64,000 nucleotides of DNA from a bacterium (GCA_963675295.2 CAXXKJ010000002.1:1792001-1856000); one strand, 5' to 3'; positions 48,867 through 59,278 are shown, counted from the stretch's first letter. Numbers and translations: made by a program. Notes: generated by a model from the letters alone, not told the origin.

Positions 48867-48880
48867 CTAGGATCGCCTAA
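48867..48880. promoter_or_regulatory. Candidate DtxR/MntR-family operator upstream of sod
   Basis: Minus strand TTAGGCGATCCTAG, 4 nt upstream of a TTGACT -35-like hexamer (48857-62). Confidence 0.5.
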
Positions 48881-48906
48881 CTCGGCTTTTGGTGGCTCAG
48901 TACGTA

Positions 48907-49124
48907 TGAGGTATGAGGAGTGAGGTCTGAGGCTTGAGGCTTGAGGCTTGAGGCTACTGAAACTGGGGACATTTTGTCCTCAAAGTGTCCCCAGCGGCAC
49001 GAAAAGAAGACGAGGACACGTAGCGGAGTAAGTGTCCCCAGCGATAGGAAAAAAACGGGGACACTTGACGGAGCAAGTGTCCCCAGTTCTTGCTATTACC
49101 ACGGACTTCAGTCCGTGGTAATAG
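48907..49124. repeat. Composite repeat block: TGAGGNN heptamers, three family A hairpins, family B palindrome
   Basis: 48963-48994, 49014-49037, 49057-49084, 49095-49122. Confidence 0.9.
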
Positions 49125-49170
49125 AATTGATTCACACCAGACACTGAGCGCTGATGGCTCATAACTGCCA

Positions 49171-49860
49171 TCAGTCGTCGATCATCCCACGCAGCAGGAG
49201 TAGCCGCACGAGGTTCAGGATCGCGGCGGTGGCGGCGGCGACATAGGTCCACGCCGCAGCGTCCAGCACCTTCTTCGCGCCGGTGGCTTCCTGCGGTGCG
49301 ACGTAACCGTCGGTGCGCAGAATTGCCATCGCCCGGCGGGAGGCGTCAAACTCGACCGGAAGCGTGACCAGGTGGAACAGCACCACGAGGCTGAACAGGA
49401 CAATGCCGGCGTCCAGCATCATCGGGCTCGCCATGAAGATGCCGATCAGGATCAGCGGGAACGACATCCACGATCCGACCTGTACCGGCATCGCCAGGGT
49501 ATGACGGAAGCGCAGCATCGAATAGTCCTGCTTGTGCTGAATCGCGTGGCCACACTCGTGCGCGGCGATCGCCAGCCCGGCGACGGAGGGCTCGTTGTAG
49601 TTGTGGGACGACAAAGCGACGACCTTCTTCATCGGGTCGTAGTGGTCACTCAGCACCCCGCGCGACTCAACAACCTCTACGTCCTGCAGACCGTGATTGT
49701 CGAGGATCCGGCGGGCGACCTGCTTGCCGGTCAGTCCCGCACCAGAGCGGATCTGGCTGAACTTGTTGTAGGCGCTTTTCACCTTGCTCTGCGCCCAGAC
49801 GGACAGGATAATCGCCGGGATGATCAGGACGATCGTCCAGTCGAAAATCGGTAGCATCAT
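49171..49860 (-). CDS. Membrane zinc metallopeptidase (YugP-like)
   Basis: LSDHYDP, AAHECGHAIQH, TLPVEFDAS, AAAWTYVA. Confidence 0.92.
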   Translation of the reverse strand: MMLPIFDWTIVLIIPAIILSVWAQSKVKSAYNKFSQIRSGAGLTGKQVARRILDNHGLQDVEVVESRGVLSDHYDPMKKVVALSSHNYNEPSVAGLAIAAHECGHAIQHKQDYSMLRFRHTLAMPVQVGSWMSFPLILIGIFMASPMMLDAGIVLFSLVVLFHLVTLPVEFDASRRAMAILRTDGYVAPQEATGAKKVLDAAAWTYVAAATAAILNLVRLLLLRGMIDD

Positions 49861-50082
49861 CGTGTATTCTCCATGGGGTGCCTGTCGATCTGGCACCAGT
49901 GAACCTGTCAAGTTGAACGTCACAAAAGATACCACGCATCGGCATTCGCGGTTCCGTGTTTCCGGGCAACCGGGAGACGGCCCGGGAACGCAAGCGGGGC
50001 AGGTCTCGGGCCGTTGCGGGAGGAGGGGGCGAACGCTACCTTACCCGGCACGCAGGCACAGCCACGACGATTGAAAGCAACG

Positions 50083-50727
50083 ATGCTGAACTACCATCTC
50101 GCACGTGAGGAAATGGTCGAACTTCTCGAGGAGAAGGGGATCAAGGACCAGCTTGTCCTCGCGGCGATGCGTGAGATTAAACGGCACCTGTTCGTGCCGG
50201 CGAATCTGCGCGCGCGGGCGTACGAGAACAACGCGCTCAGCATCGGGCACGGGCAGACGATTTCGCAACCGTATATCGTCGCCCAGATGACGGAGCTGTT
50301 GCAGCTGACCGGCGAGGAATCGGTGCTCGAGATCGGCACCGGGACAGGGTATCAGACATTCGTGCTTGCCAAGTTGGCGAAGCGGATTTATACCATCGAA
50401 CGTGTCAAGGCGCTGGCGTTGGAAGCGGAAATGCGATTCCAGGAAAATGCCATCGCGAACGTTGTGCAGAAGCTCGGGGACGGGTCACTCGGGTGGGAAC
50501 GGTTCGCGCCGTTTGACCGTATCATCGTCACCGCCGGCGCGCCGGAAATTCCGTCACGGCTGATCGATCAGCTGGCCGAGGGCGGACGGATGGTTCTGCC
50601 CACCGGACCGCGACGGGTGCAGGATCTCAAGGTTGTGATCAAACGGGAAGGCCAGGCGTACGCCAGCAGTCATGGCGGATGCGTCTTTGTCCCGCTGATA
50701 GGCAGCGGCGGCTGGGAGGATGGATAA
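50083..50727 (+). CDS. pcm: Protein-L-isoaspartate O-methyltransferase
   Basis: IGHGQTISQPY, VLEIGTGTGY, APFDRIIVTAG, FVPLIG. Confidence 0.95.
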   Translation: MLNYHLAREEMVELLEEKGIKDQLVLAAMREIKRHLFVPANLRARAYENNALSIGHGQTISQPYIVAQMTELLQLTGEESVLEIGTGTGYQTFVLAKLAKRIYTIERVKALALEAEMRFQENAIANVVQKLGDGSLGWERFAPFDRIIVTAGAPEIPSRLIDQLAEGGRMVLPTGPRRVQDLKVVIKREGQAYASSHGGCVFVPLIGSGGWEDG

Positions 50728-50729
50728 GA

Positions 50730-51359
50730 GTGAGAGTCGAGGGCCTCGCGGCCGATTTGCGTGCGTTGCTTGAGAACAGAACCGGCGATGTGATCACCCT
50801 CGGCACGATCATCCAGTCGTTGGGGACACGTGGCTTCGGCGTGCTGCTGTTCATCCTCAGCCTGCCGAGCGCGTTACCGGTGCCCGCACCGGGCTACAGC
50901 ACCCCGTTTGGCCTGCTCATCTCCGGTCTCGCGATCCAGATGATGATCGGCCGTCAGACTCCAGTCCTGCCGCAATGGGCGTTAAAACGTTCGATCAGTT
51001 ACGACGCCGCGGAGAAGATCTTCGGCGCGGGCATCAAGTTCCTGCATAAGACCGAGGCGCTGGTCCGTCCCCGCATGGGGTGGATGGGCAGCAGGTTCGG
51101 CAAGGCGGCGATCAGCATCCTGGTGCTGGTGATGGCGGTGCTGATGATTCTGCCGATTCCGTTGACGAACACGATTCCCGCAGCGGTGATCTTCATGATC
51201 GGGATCGGGCTGACCGAACGGGACGGCCTGATCATCATCCTCAGCGCGATCGGTGGTTGGATCGCAGTGGCACTGTATGCGGCGGTGATATACCTGGTCT
51301 ACGTGCTAGGCACCACGTCCTTCGATCAGATCAAGGACGTGATCACATTCTGGAATTGA
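50730..51359 (+). CDS. ExoD family exopolysaccharide synthesis membrane protein
   Basis: RGFGVLLFILSLPSALPVP, LPIPLTNTIPA, ERDG; GTG start 10 nt after GGAGG. Confidence 0.85.
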   Translation: MRVEGLAADLRALLENRTGDVITLGTIIQSLGTRGFGVLLFILSLPSALPVPAPGYSTPFGLLISGLAIQMMIGRQTPVLPQWALKRSISYDAAEKIFGAGIKFLHKTEALVRPRMGWMGSRFGKAAISILVLVMAVLMILPIPLTNTIPAAVIFMIGIGLTERDGLIIILSAIGGWIAVALYAAVIYLVYVLGTTSFDQIKDVITFWN

Positions 51360-53354
51360 TCACGACGCTACCAGCTGCTCGCGTTTGACGTGTACCAGTT
51401 TCCGCGTCACGCGTTCTGTTCCCGCACGCAACACAACGACATACACGCCGGCGTCCACCTGCGGTTGCCACGCGAAGCTGTGCTCACCGGCTTCAAGCTG
51501 CCCACTCTGCACCGTCGACACCACTTCACCGGCCAAGTTGACCACCTCGATACTCACCGTTTCCGGCCTCGGGATCGCCGCAACAATCCGCACCATCTCC
51601 TCACACGGGTTCGGGTAGAGCTGACTGATCTGCAGTTCGGCGGGTGAATCTTCACCGTCCGGCTGGGCGGTGTCGGTCAGCATCAACGCCCGCGTCTCAG
51701 ACGAAGCCTGCAAACCGAAAATGTCCTCGACCGCGACCCGCCAGCGGTAGACGGTTTCCCAGTCAAGGCCGCTGACGGTGGCGGAGGTGTCCGTTCCGGC
51801 GGACCATGTCAACGGGTTCGTGAACGACGCATCCCGCGACAGCTCGAGCGTATAGCGCAACGTATCGATCGGAGTGGCGTCTTCGGCGGCCCGCCAGGTG
51901 AAGGTGAGGCTGCTGTCGGCGCTGAACACGCCGTCGCCTGGCGTGCACAATGCGAACGGTTCCGGAGCCCGCAGCCAGCGGTTGGTGAAGGGTTCGGTCG
52001 CGAACGGTTCGACTTCAACCTCGGCCATCACCGCGTCGCCCAGCCCTTCCGGATTGGCGGTCTCGTGCTTTGGGCCGGACGGGTCGCCCCAGTAATTGTT
52101 GCTTACAGTCAGTTGGCCCTGTAGCTCGGGATTCAATCCAGCGGCGTATGGTGTGTTCCCGTAAAAGTCGTTTTCGTAGGCAGTCAGTAAGCCTTCGTTG
52201 CAGGCGGAAATCGCACCGTAGCTGTAATCCACACCGGGTGTGTATTCGGAATTCTCGTAGAACAGGTTGCGGTAAATACGGGCGTGCATACCCTGGTTCG
52301 CGTTGGCGTATTGCGTCGCGAGGGCGTAATGCACATTGCCCTGGTTGCGCAGCAGGAGGTTGTCATGGAAGTCAACGTCCGACGAAAACACCGCGACACC
52401 GCCCTTGTTCATCGCGAGATTGTGGTGAAATTCGTTGCCGGAGATGTCCACCGACTCGCTTTCCGGCCCAATGTACAATGCGCCAGCCATTGGTAGTTGG
52501 GTCTCGTCCAGCGCCGCCATGTTGTGCCGGAACAGGTTCCCAGTGATCCTGAGCGTGTCAATGCCGAGCGTGTAGATCGCGCCGCCGATCAGGGACACAT
52601 TGTCAACGAATGCGTTGTGGTCAAGGTGCAGTGATTCGACGCTGCCCTCCGTGGTTCCGGCGTAGATCGCGCCCGCGCCGGACATGGCGTAGTTGCCCAG
52701 GAAGATATTGTTGCGTGCAATCCCCGAGCACTGGGACAATACCAGCGCGCCGGCGTAGTAGTCGGACAGGTTGCGCACAAAACGATTGTGCGACACGTCG
52801 AGGTCAATGTTGTAGAACGTAACCGCGCCGCCAAAAACCTCGCAGCTGTTGTCGCTGAAGGTGTTGGCGTGCAGCCTGGCGTGACCGTCCTTGACGAACA
52901 GGCAGGATCCGTACGGCGCGTGATTGCCGCTGAAGGTGCAGTGTTCGACGGTCAGGTCGAGGTTCTCTCCGTACACGATGCCGCCGTTGTCCACGCCGCT
53001 GCTGTCGGTCAGGTTCACGTCCTGGAAGGTCAAGCCAATGAGGGTGAACGTGACCTGTTCCGTGTTTTCGAACGTGAACAGCCGAGCGCCTTCCTCTGGC
53101 AGCAGGATGGTGCTCTGGACAAACGCGCTGTCCGGGTCGAACAGGTATTCGCTGGCGATCGTCAGGTCCTTGTCGCCGAGGGTGAGCGACGTCTGGTACA
53201 CGCCGTCGTACAGCAGCAGCGTGTCACCGGATTCGCATTGCTGATACGCATGGTCCAACGTCGGCGCATCACCTGGAATGGAGAAGATTCCACAAAAAGC
53301 GATCGTGGGAAGAGACAAGGTCAGTAGCAGAAGCAGCAGGCGTACGGTTTTCAC
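51360..53354 (-). CDS. Secreted parallel beta-helix protein with Fn3-like and T9SS C-terminal domains
   Basis: Signal peptide, repeated FxxN...GGA motifs, NNYWGDPSGP, LYPNP...GVY..RKLV. Confidence 0.82.
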   Translation of the reverse strand: MKTVRLLLLLLTLSLPTIAFCGIFSIPGDAPTLDHAYQQCESGDTLLLYDGVYQTSLTLGDKDLTIASEYLFDPDSAFVQSTILLPEEGARLFTFENTEQVTFTLIGLTFQDVNLTDSSGVDNGGIVYGENLDLTVEHCTFSGNHAPYGSCLFVKDGHARLHANTFSDNSCEVFGGAVTFYNIDLDVSHNRFVRNLSDYYAGALVLSQCSGIARNNIFLGNYAMSGAGAIYAGTTEGSVESLHLDHNAFVDNVSLIGGAIYTLGIDTLRITGNLFRHNMAALDETQLPMAGALYIGPESESVDISGNEFHHNLAMNKGGVAVFSSDVDFHDNLLLRNQGNVHYALATQYANANQGMHARIYRNLFYENSEYTPGVDYSYGAISACNEGLLTAYENDFYGNTPYAAGLNPELQGQLTVSNNYWGDPSGPKHETANPEGLGDAVMAEVEVEPFATEPFTNRWLRAPEPFALCTPGDGVFSADSSLTFTWRAAEDATPIDTLRYTLELSRDASFTNPLTWSAGTDTSATVSGLDWETVYRWRVAVEDIFGLQASSETRALMLTDTAQPDGEDSPAELQISQLYPNPCEEMVRIVAAIPRPETVSIEVVNLAGEVVSTVQSGQLEAGEHSFAWQPQVDAGVYVVVLRAGTERVTRKLVHVKREQLVAS

Positions 53355-53463
53355 AGTCGATCTCACAGGTGTCAGGGACAGTCCACGAGTCTTCGAATGA
53401 TGCAAGGAACAACCGACGGGCCAGGCGAACGCCTGGCCCATCGGCAATACTTATACCAGCACC

Positions 53464-53832
53464 TTACCACGCAAACACAAAGTCCGAATAGCCGGTTGGC
53501 GTGAATGAATTGCCGAGCGACCAGTGCAACGTGGCGGTGTTGAGCAGGATGACACCGCGCTGGTCACTGCGCTGGCCATAGCTGAGATCCGCCGCGTGAT
53601 AGTAGTAGCTGGCGTTGTTGTACGTAACCAGCGTCGTGTGCGGAATCGGCACAATCACCGGCACCCAGCACAGCATCTTCGACTGGCAGTTTCCATCCGG
53701 ACCGAGGTTCATGATCGGCTGACGGACGTAGTCACCCGGTTGCAACTGGCCTTCCCAGACCGTGGCAACAGCGAGGCCGGTCATCGACACAACCACCAGA
53801 ACAATGAGACCCAGCAGCAGAGTGCGTTTCAT
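53464..53832 (-). CDS. Small secreted hypothetical protein (paralog of 53947..54309)
   Basis: Signal peptide, GGAG RBS; ATVWEGQLQPGDYV..C.SKM.C..ADL.Y.Q..TATLHW..GYS.FVF.W. Confidence 0.75.
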   Translation of the reverse strand: MKRTLLLGLIVLVVVSMTGLAVATVWEGQLQPGDYVRQPIMNLGPDGNCQSKMLCWVPVIVPIPHTTLVTYNNASYYYHAADLSYGQRSDQRGVILLNTATLHWSLGNSFTPTGYSDFVFAW

Positions 53833-53946
53833 GCTTCTTCTCCCTTTGTAAATGGGGTACCCGCCACAGTGAAGCGGGTGTTGGAAAAATCCGGACGGCG
53901 GGCGACGAAACGGTCGTGCCGCCTTCCGGGCGAACAACTGCGAGGA

Positions 53947-54309
53947 TTACCAGACAAACACGAACACCGAGTACCCGTTGGTGACCGCAGTGCCGACACG
54001 CCAGTGCAGGGTGGCGGTGCCGTAGTTGATACTGCCGCTCGAGTACGAGGTCTGGTTGTACATCAGGTCAGCGGAGTGGAGATACTCCAGCGACATACCA
54101 TGGGTGACCCAGGTCTGGTGCGGAATCGGGTTCATTGTCGGGATCATGCAGGTCATCTTCGACTTGCACTGAACATCGTTGACGTTGGAGATCGGTGTGG
54201 TGACATAGTCACCCGGATCCAGAATCCCCTGCCACACGGTGGCCGATGCGATGCCGGACATGGCCAGCAACAACAGGCCAACCATCCCCCATACCAAATA
54301 GCGCTTCAT
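53947..54309 (-). CDS. Small secreted hypothetical protein (paralog of 53464..53832)
   Basis: Signal peptide, GGAGG RBS; same motif set. Confidence 0.75.
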   Translation of the reverse strand: MKRYLVWGMVGLLLLAMSGIASATVWQGILDPGDYVTTPISNVNDVQCKSKMTCMIPTMNPIPHQTWVTHGMSLEYLHSADLMYNQTSYSSGSINYGTATLHWRVGTAVTNGYSVFVFVW

Positions 54310-54878
54310 CTCTGTTCCTCCTTTGTGCGTACATGTCCCGCCTCCCCCGGCGGAACGATCATGAACGAGCACTTATAAAAGTGTAAATAAGCATAAAAGA
54401 GTGATTAACTTTTATTTTTAAAGAATCTGCAATCTGGAACCTGTTGGAAAGCTGTGCGAGGGAGAGGTGCTGGAAGAAACGTGTTTTAGAAAATTTAGTA
54501 TGCGCTAACCCCAAAAGCTGAGCGTTTCCTAAAAACACAAATATTTGTCTATCACAGTATACTACGACTGCGGTTAACTGTCAACACTAGTGTTGTATGA
54601 GTGGCCAAATCGGTTGAATTTTTTGGGGTTCGACTTTCTACTGATAATAACAGTATCATTGTCTTCTCCGCTGACAATGCGGCTTTCAAATCAACAATAT
54701 GGAATCAATATTTACAGATTTACGATATTTAGTAAGCTCTCAGAGGTAAAACGTCGGCTTTTTTGGTAGTCAGTTCATCCGGTTGGTAAGAAACAGGTTA
54801 GACTTCACGACTAACATTTTGTAAATAGAATAGACAAAAAAGACAAATGGTTGTTGTGAAGCTGGTGTTTCGGGGCAG

Positions 54879-54916
54879 AAAAAAACCGGGACAGCTCGAT
54901 TGAGCTATCCCGGTTT
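54879..54916 (-). terminator. Intrinsic terminator after the T9SS gene
   Basis: aaaaaaaccgggacagctc-gatt-gagctatcccggttt. Confidence 0.7.
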
Positions 54917-54969
54917 GGGTTGTGTTTCTGTGATCCGAAACCGGTTGGGTTTCGGATTTTTTGTACGGT

Positions 54970-57300
54970 TTACTTCATCAGGGTGACCTTCTGGATCGCA
55001 TTCATCTGACCCGGAACCTGCGCCTGGATGAAGTACACACCGCTGGACAGGTTGGCACCGTTGAAGGTGAAGTTGTGCACGCCTGCGCTGGTGCGGTTGT
55101 TCGCCAGCTCAGCAACCTGCTGACCCATCACGTTGAACACGCGGACGTTCAGGTCGGCCGCTTCCGGCAGCGAGACGCTGAAGTTGGCGGTCGGGTTGAA
55201 CGGGTTCGGATAGGCTTGGCCGAGTTCGAACTCGGTCGGAACGACAGACGCTTCCGCGTCGTCAGCCGCGATCGCGGTACCGACGAGAACCGGCTTGCTG
55301 CCTGTCAGGTTCGCATTACCCGTCGAAGCGACGCCAGCGGCGGCCTTGTTGAACGGCTCACTGTCGTTGAACAGCGAGAAGTTCGGGAACACGCCGAGGT
55401 TAATGGTCAGCATGTAATCGCCGGCCGGAGCGAACGCCGGAACGTCAACAACCATGCCTTCACCAACCGCGTAACCCGGCAGGAAGGTGTAGTTGTAGTT
55501 CCAGATGTTGTAGTTGGAACTGTTCGGCAGCGTGGCAGACAACCACAGGCTGGCGGTCCGGACCATGCCGGTGTTGTTCTCTAGGAACAGGTTGTAGACA
55601 ATCTGGCCACCTTCAGCCGGCACGTCAGCGCCGCTGATGATGGTGATGTCGGTCGAAGCCTGCGGCGGAGCGACAGCCGTCACATCCCAGCCCTGCACAT
55701 AGTCGAAGCAGACGCCGTAGTAGCTGACGACGGTCGAGGCGATGTGCTGGAAACCAAACACGACGGTTTCGTTCGCGTACGCGCTCAGGTCATACGTAAC
55801 CTGCGCCCACTCTTCCTGACCCGGTGTCGGCGGAGTTTCGTCGTTATAGAACACTTCCTGATCGGTGAAGCCGGTGTAGGTGCAGAAACCGGAATAGCCG
55901 ATGTCCGGCTGCAGGGTGGTCCAGGTATCGCCACCGTCGAGGGAGATGTTGAAGTTGTAGCCGTCGTAGTCATCGTTGTAGTCGAACCAGTGATAGTAGC
56001 TGATCACCGGCGAGTCACCCAGCTCAAAGTAGCCGGAGGTGAGCCAACGGTTGCCACCGGTATCGGTGTGAATACCGTCGAGGTTGGTCGCCCAGGCGTT
56101 GGTACCTTCAAACGCGGCACCCGGACCTTCGTGAGCACCACCGTAGTTGACCGGTTCGCCCCATTCCCATTCGCCGTTACCATCATCGAAGAACGGATCG
56201 CCGTTGACTTCAAAGCTGTTGAGGTAGTCCGGCGGCGGAATCATCTCAAGCGTGACGTCCTGCGTGTTGGCGCCAACCGCGAGGGTCACGTCGCCACTGT
56301 ACGGGAAGTATCCCAGCAAGCTGACTTCCAGCGTGTTGGTCGTGCCGCTGTACAGGTTGTCAAACGAGTAGTAACCGAAGTCGTCGGTAGTCGTGGAGTA
56401 GATACCGTAGGTCACGTCCGCACCAACGATCGGGTCGCCGGAACCGAGTTCGGTGACCGTACCGTCAAGGCTCGCATCCGGGGTCAACTGCTCGAACTGA
56501 ATCGCGAGCTGGTTGAACGGATAGTCAGCCGGATCGGCGTTGTAGCTGGCCTGGAGCGCGACCACGTTGGGGTCGCCACCGTCGAGGTTCTGGATACCGA
56601 TGGTTTCGCCAGCGATATCAAGGCCGGCATCGATGTCGTCGTACTGAATTTTGATCGTACCATCTTCGAACAGGATGACGTTGACGTCGAGCTGATCGTA
56701 GTCGGTGCCGTATTCTGCGAAGTCATCGCAGTGCAACACGAGCGCCTGCTGCAGACCGATGGTCATCGTTTCGTAGTAGTTGCGGTTCACGTGGCCACCC
56801 TGCGGGTCGCCTGGATCCATGTCGTCCCAGAAGAAGCAAACGGTCGGACCGTGAACGTTGGTGGACGGCAACGCACCGTTGCTGAGGCCGATGGCGGACG
56901 GATAATCGACGAAAGCGATCGCGCCGTCAGAGTGCACCCAGAATTCGGTGTAGGTGTTTCCGTAGAACGGGAAGCTGAAGCCGATCGGGTACGGACCAAC
57001 GTAGTTGGTGTCCCACAGGCTGTCGATCACGGTGCCGGTCGCTGTCAAATCGATCCAGTCAAAGGTTGGACCGCCGGCTTCCTGGCTGTCCATAAAGACA
57101 TAGCCAGCAGCATCCGGACCGCCAAAGTGGTCAATCTGATTCTGACCAGATTCCCACTGGGAATACGCTTCCAGCAGTTGACGCTGGGCATCGGTGGGGT
57201 TGTCAGTATTTTGCGCCCGTTCCAACGCCACTTCGTTAAAAGCGAAGCCGGTAGCCGCAAAAAGTAATACCAGTCCGAAGACCAAAAATGCACGCTTCAT
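54970..57300 (-). CDS. Secreted multidomain T9SS cargo protein (GGPD..GY N-terminal domain, carboxypeptidase-regulatory-like domain)
   Basis: Signal peptide, GGPDAAGY, IGFSFPFYG, GTVTE..GDPIVGA, AYPNPFNP..LSSGVYF..KVTLMK. Confidence 0.85.
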   Translation of the reverse strand: MKRAFLVFGLVLLFAATGFAFNEVALERAQNTDNPTDAQRQLLEAYSQWESGQNQIDHFGGPDAAGYVFMDSQEAGGPTFDWIDLTATGTVIDSLWDTNYVGPYPIGFSFPFYGNTYTEFWVHSDGAIAFVDYPSAIGLSNGALPSTNVHGPTVCFFWDDMDPGDPQGGHVNRNYYETMTIGLQQALVLHCDDFAEYGTDYDQLDVNVILFEDGTIKIQYDDIDAGLDIAGETIGIQNLDGGDPNVVALQASYNADPADYPFNQLAIQFEQLTPDASLDGTVTELGSGDPIVGADVTYGIYSTTTDDFGYYSFDNLYSGTTNTLEVSLLGYFPYSGDVTLAVGANTQDVTLEMIPPPDYLNSFEVNGDPFFDDGNGEWEWGEPVNYGGAHEGPGAAFEGTNAWATNLDGIHTDTGGNRWLTSGYFELGDSPVISYYHWFDYNDDYDGYNFNISLDGGDTWTTLQPDIGYSGFCTYTGFTDQEVFYNDETPPTPGQEEWAQVTYDLSAYANETVVFGFQHIASTVVSYYGVCFDYVQGWDVTAVAPPQASTDITIISGADVPAEGGQIVYNLFLENNTGMVRTASLWLSATLPNSSNYNIWNYNYTFLPGYAVGEGMVVDVPAFAPAGDYMLTINLGVFPNFSLFNDSEPFNKAAAGVASTGNANLTGSKPVLVGTAIAADDAEASVVPTEFELGQAYPNPFNPTANFSVSLPEAADLNVRVFNVMGQQVAELANNRTSAGVHNFTFNGANLSSGVYFIQAQVPGQMNAIQKVTLMK

Positions 57301-58024
57301 GTGTGACCTCCATAAATGTTTGCGCGCTGTTCTCTTGCCTTCCTGATGGAAAACAAGCCCTGGGATTCAAATGAACGGGTGTCCCGTTCGGTGAAGTTGT
57401 ACACGGGAACCGTCACGCAAGCAGTCTTGTTTTGTGAAGAGTTATCAATGTGCCTGTGTTTTTTGGGGATGAGTCGTGCACAGGCGGGGGTTCGGCTTGA
57501 TATCGAAGCAGTGCATGTAGATCGTGCTGGCAACCGAATATGCTCCTCCAACTCAATTTGAACCAAGCATATGAGTTCAAGGACTGAGTATAAGGGAATC
57601 GGAATAGAAATACCAGTATTTTCATAAAATTGCGAAATTTCTCTTCCGAGCTCCGGAGCCAAATGCTCGTCGCTAATCATCGCATTTCGCGTTTTGTCTA
57701 TTTCAAGTAAGGGAGTGGAGATCGCCCGGTTCAGGTGAGCCAGTCGAGCAATGTGCAATAAATACAACAGTTTAGAACGTAAATAATGTATAAATTCTTG
57801 TGAAAATGCAAGCTGCCATCCGTCATGGTTTCGCTGGGCGATCATTCCACGAAAAAAGTTTAATAAATCGAGCGAGTTACCGAAAATATCTTGAAGATTC
57901 CTATCAGTATTTGCTTTATTACGACAAAAATACCGGAAACACCCAAAGTGCTTCCGGTTGGTCGATTTGCGCCGCAGGGGCGGCCAGTCAGTCTTTCTCG
58001 TCTTCGCTGGACTGCTCGAGAATG

Positions 58025-59155
58025 TCAGGCAGTGTTCCGGCGTTCGAGCAACGTGACCAACTCGGCGTGCGGGGTTTGCGGGAACATGTCGTATGCCTCT
58101 GCTTCTTTGAGTTCATAGCCTTCGAATTGCTCAAGGTCGGCGGTGAAGGTTTTCGGATTGCAGGATACGTACACAATCCGTTTCGCCTCAAGGCGGTTCA
58201 GCTTCCGGATCAGTTTTGGCGCGAGTCCGGAACGGGGGGGATCGATGATAACGGTGTCTGGCGTGGGTCCATCGTAGTGGGCGAGGAAATGGTTGGCGTT
58301 GTCGAGCACGAACTCGACGTTGTCAACGCTGTTGCGTTCGAGGTTCCGCTTCGCCAGCTCAATGTTCTCCGGGACGACTTCCACGCCGAGCACCTTCTCC
58401 GCTTCACGTGAGGCATAGATGCCGATGGTGCCGGTGCCGCAGAAGAGGTCAAAGGTGAAGCCGCGGACGTACGATGCCGCACGCTGATACATCCGGTCGA
58501 CCAGCAGCAGGTTGTTCTGGAAGAAGCAGCCGGGGCTGATTTCGAAGGTGAAATCGCCGATCGCCTGATCGAGGGTTTCCCGTCCCCAGATCTTCTGTAC
58601 CTCGCCATGCGAATCGTCGCCTACCCGTTCCTGCACCGACCACACGACCGATTCCACATGTTCGGCCAGCCGTTCGGCCAATGCCTCGACGCCGGATTCA
58701 CGGCGGAAGGTGACGAGAATGATCATCAGTTGATCGGATGAAAACGCATGCCGGAAGGTGATGTAGCGCAGATCACCACGCTTGGTGACAAGGTTCCAGC
58801 CGCGGATGTTGAGCTCGTCCAGCCACGTGTGCAGATCGGGGAGCAGGTCGCTGACCCGTTGCGGCACGATGTGGCATTCGTTGAGGTCGATGACCGATTT
58901 GCCGTCGCCACGCTTTCGCAGGCCGATCTTGCCGAAGGCGGTGACGTAATCCATCCGGTGACGGTAGCCCCACGGGTCCGGACTCGGCACGATCTCGACC
59001 GTCCGGCCGAGATGCTCTTCGATGACAGATCGTTTCGCGGCAAGCTGTGCCTCGTAGGGAACGTCCTGGAACGAGCACCCGCCACACTCGCCAAAGTGGG
59101 CGCAGCGCGGGGTCGCGGTGCGCGGGAGCAGGTCGTCTGGAATGGATAAGGCCAT
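58025..59155 (-). CDS. RlmD/TrmA-family RNA (uracil-5)-methyltransferase
   Basis: CAHFGECGGC Fe-S motif, FFQNN, DLFCGTG, DPPRSG, YVSCNP, DMFPQT; no TRAM domain seen. Confidence 0.9.
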   Translation of the reverse strand: MALSIPDDLLPRTATPRCAHFGECGGCSFQDVPYEAQLAAKRSVIEEHLGRTVEIVPSPDPWGYRHRMDYVTAFGKIGLRKRGDGKSVIDLNECHIVPQRVSDLLPDLHTWLDELNIRGWNLVTKRGDLRYITFRHAFSSDQLMIILVTFRRESGVEALAERLAEHVESVVWSVQERVGDDSHGEVQKIWGRETLDQAIGDFTFEISPGCFFQNNLLLVDRMYQRAASYVRGFTFDLFCGTGTIGIYASREAEKVLGVEVVPENIELAKRNLERNSVDNVEFVLDNANHFLAHYDGPTPDTVIIDPPRSGLAPKLIRKLNRLEAKRIVYVSCNPKTFTADLEQFEGYELKEAEAYDMFPQTPHAELVTLLERRNTA

Positions 59156-59278
59156 GTGAACATCAGTTGTGAGTGATGAGTTACGAGTTATGAGTCAACC
59201 TGTGACAGTGACAAGATGCGGGAATGAACCCGCCTGATGCGAGTGATGGATCAAGCGGCTCTGATTTGGAGAAAATAA

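Noticed and set aside
48963-49124. Three spaced GGACAC..GTGTCC hairpins resembling a CRISPR array
   Set aside because: Units differ in loop and length, spacers are only about 20 nt, copies are dispersed across the window, and there are no cas genes.
50720-50745. Possible frameshift at the exoD start (ATG at 50720 is out of frame)
   Set aside because: An in-frame GTG at 50730 has GGAGG at suitable spacing, so no frameshift is needed.
53418-53946. Hairpins after the small paralogs as integron attC sites
   Set aside because: No RYYYAAC/GTTRRRY boxes and no integrase.
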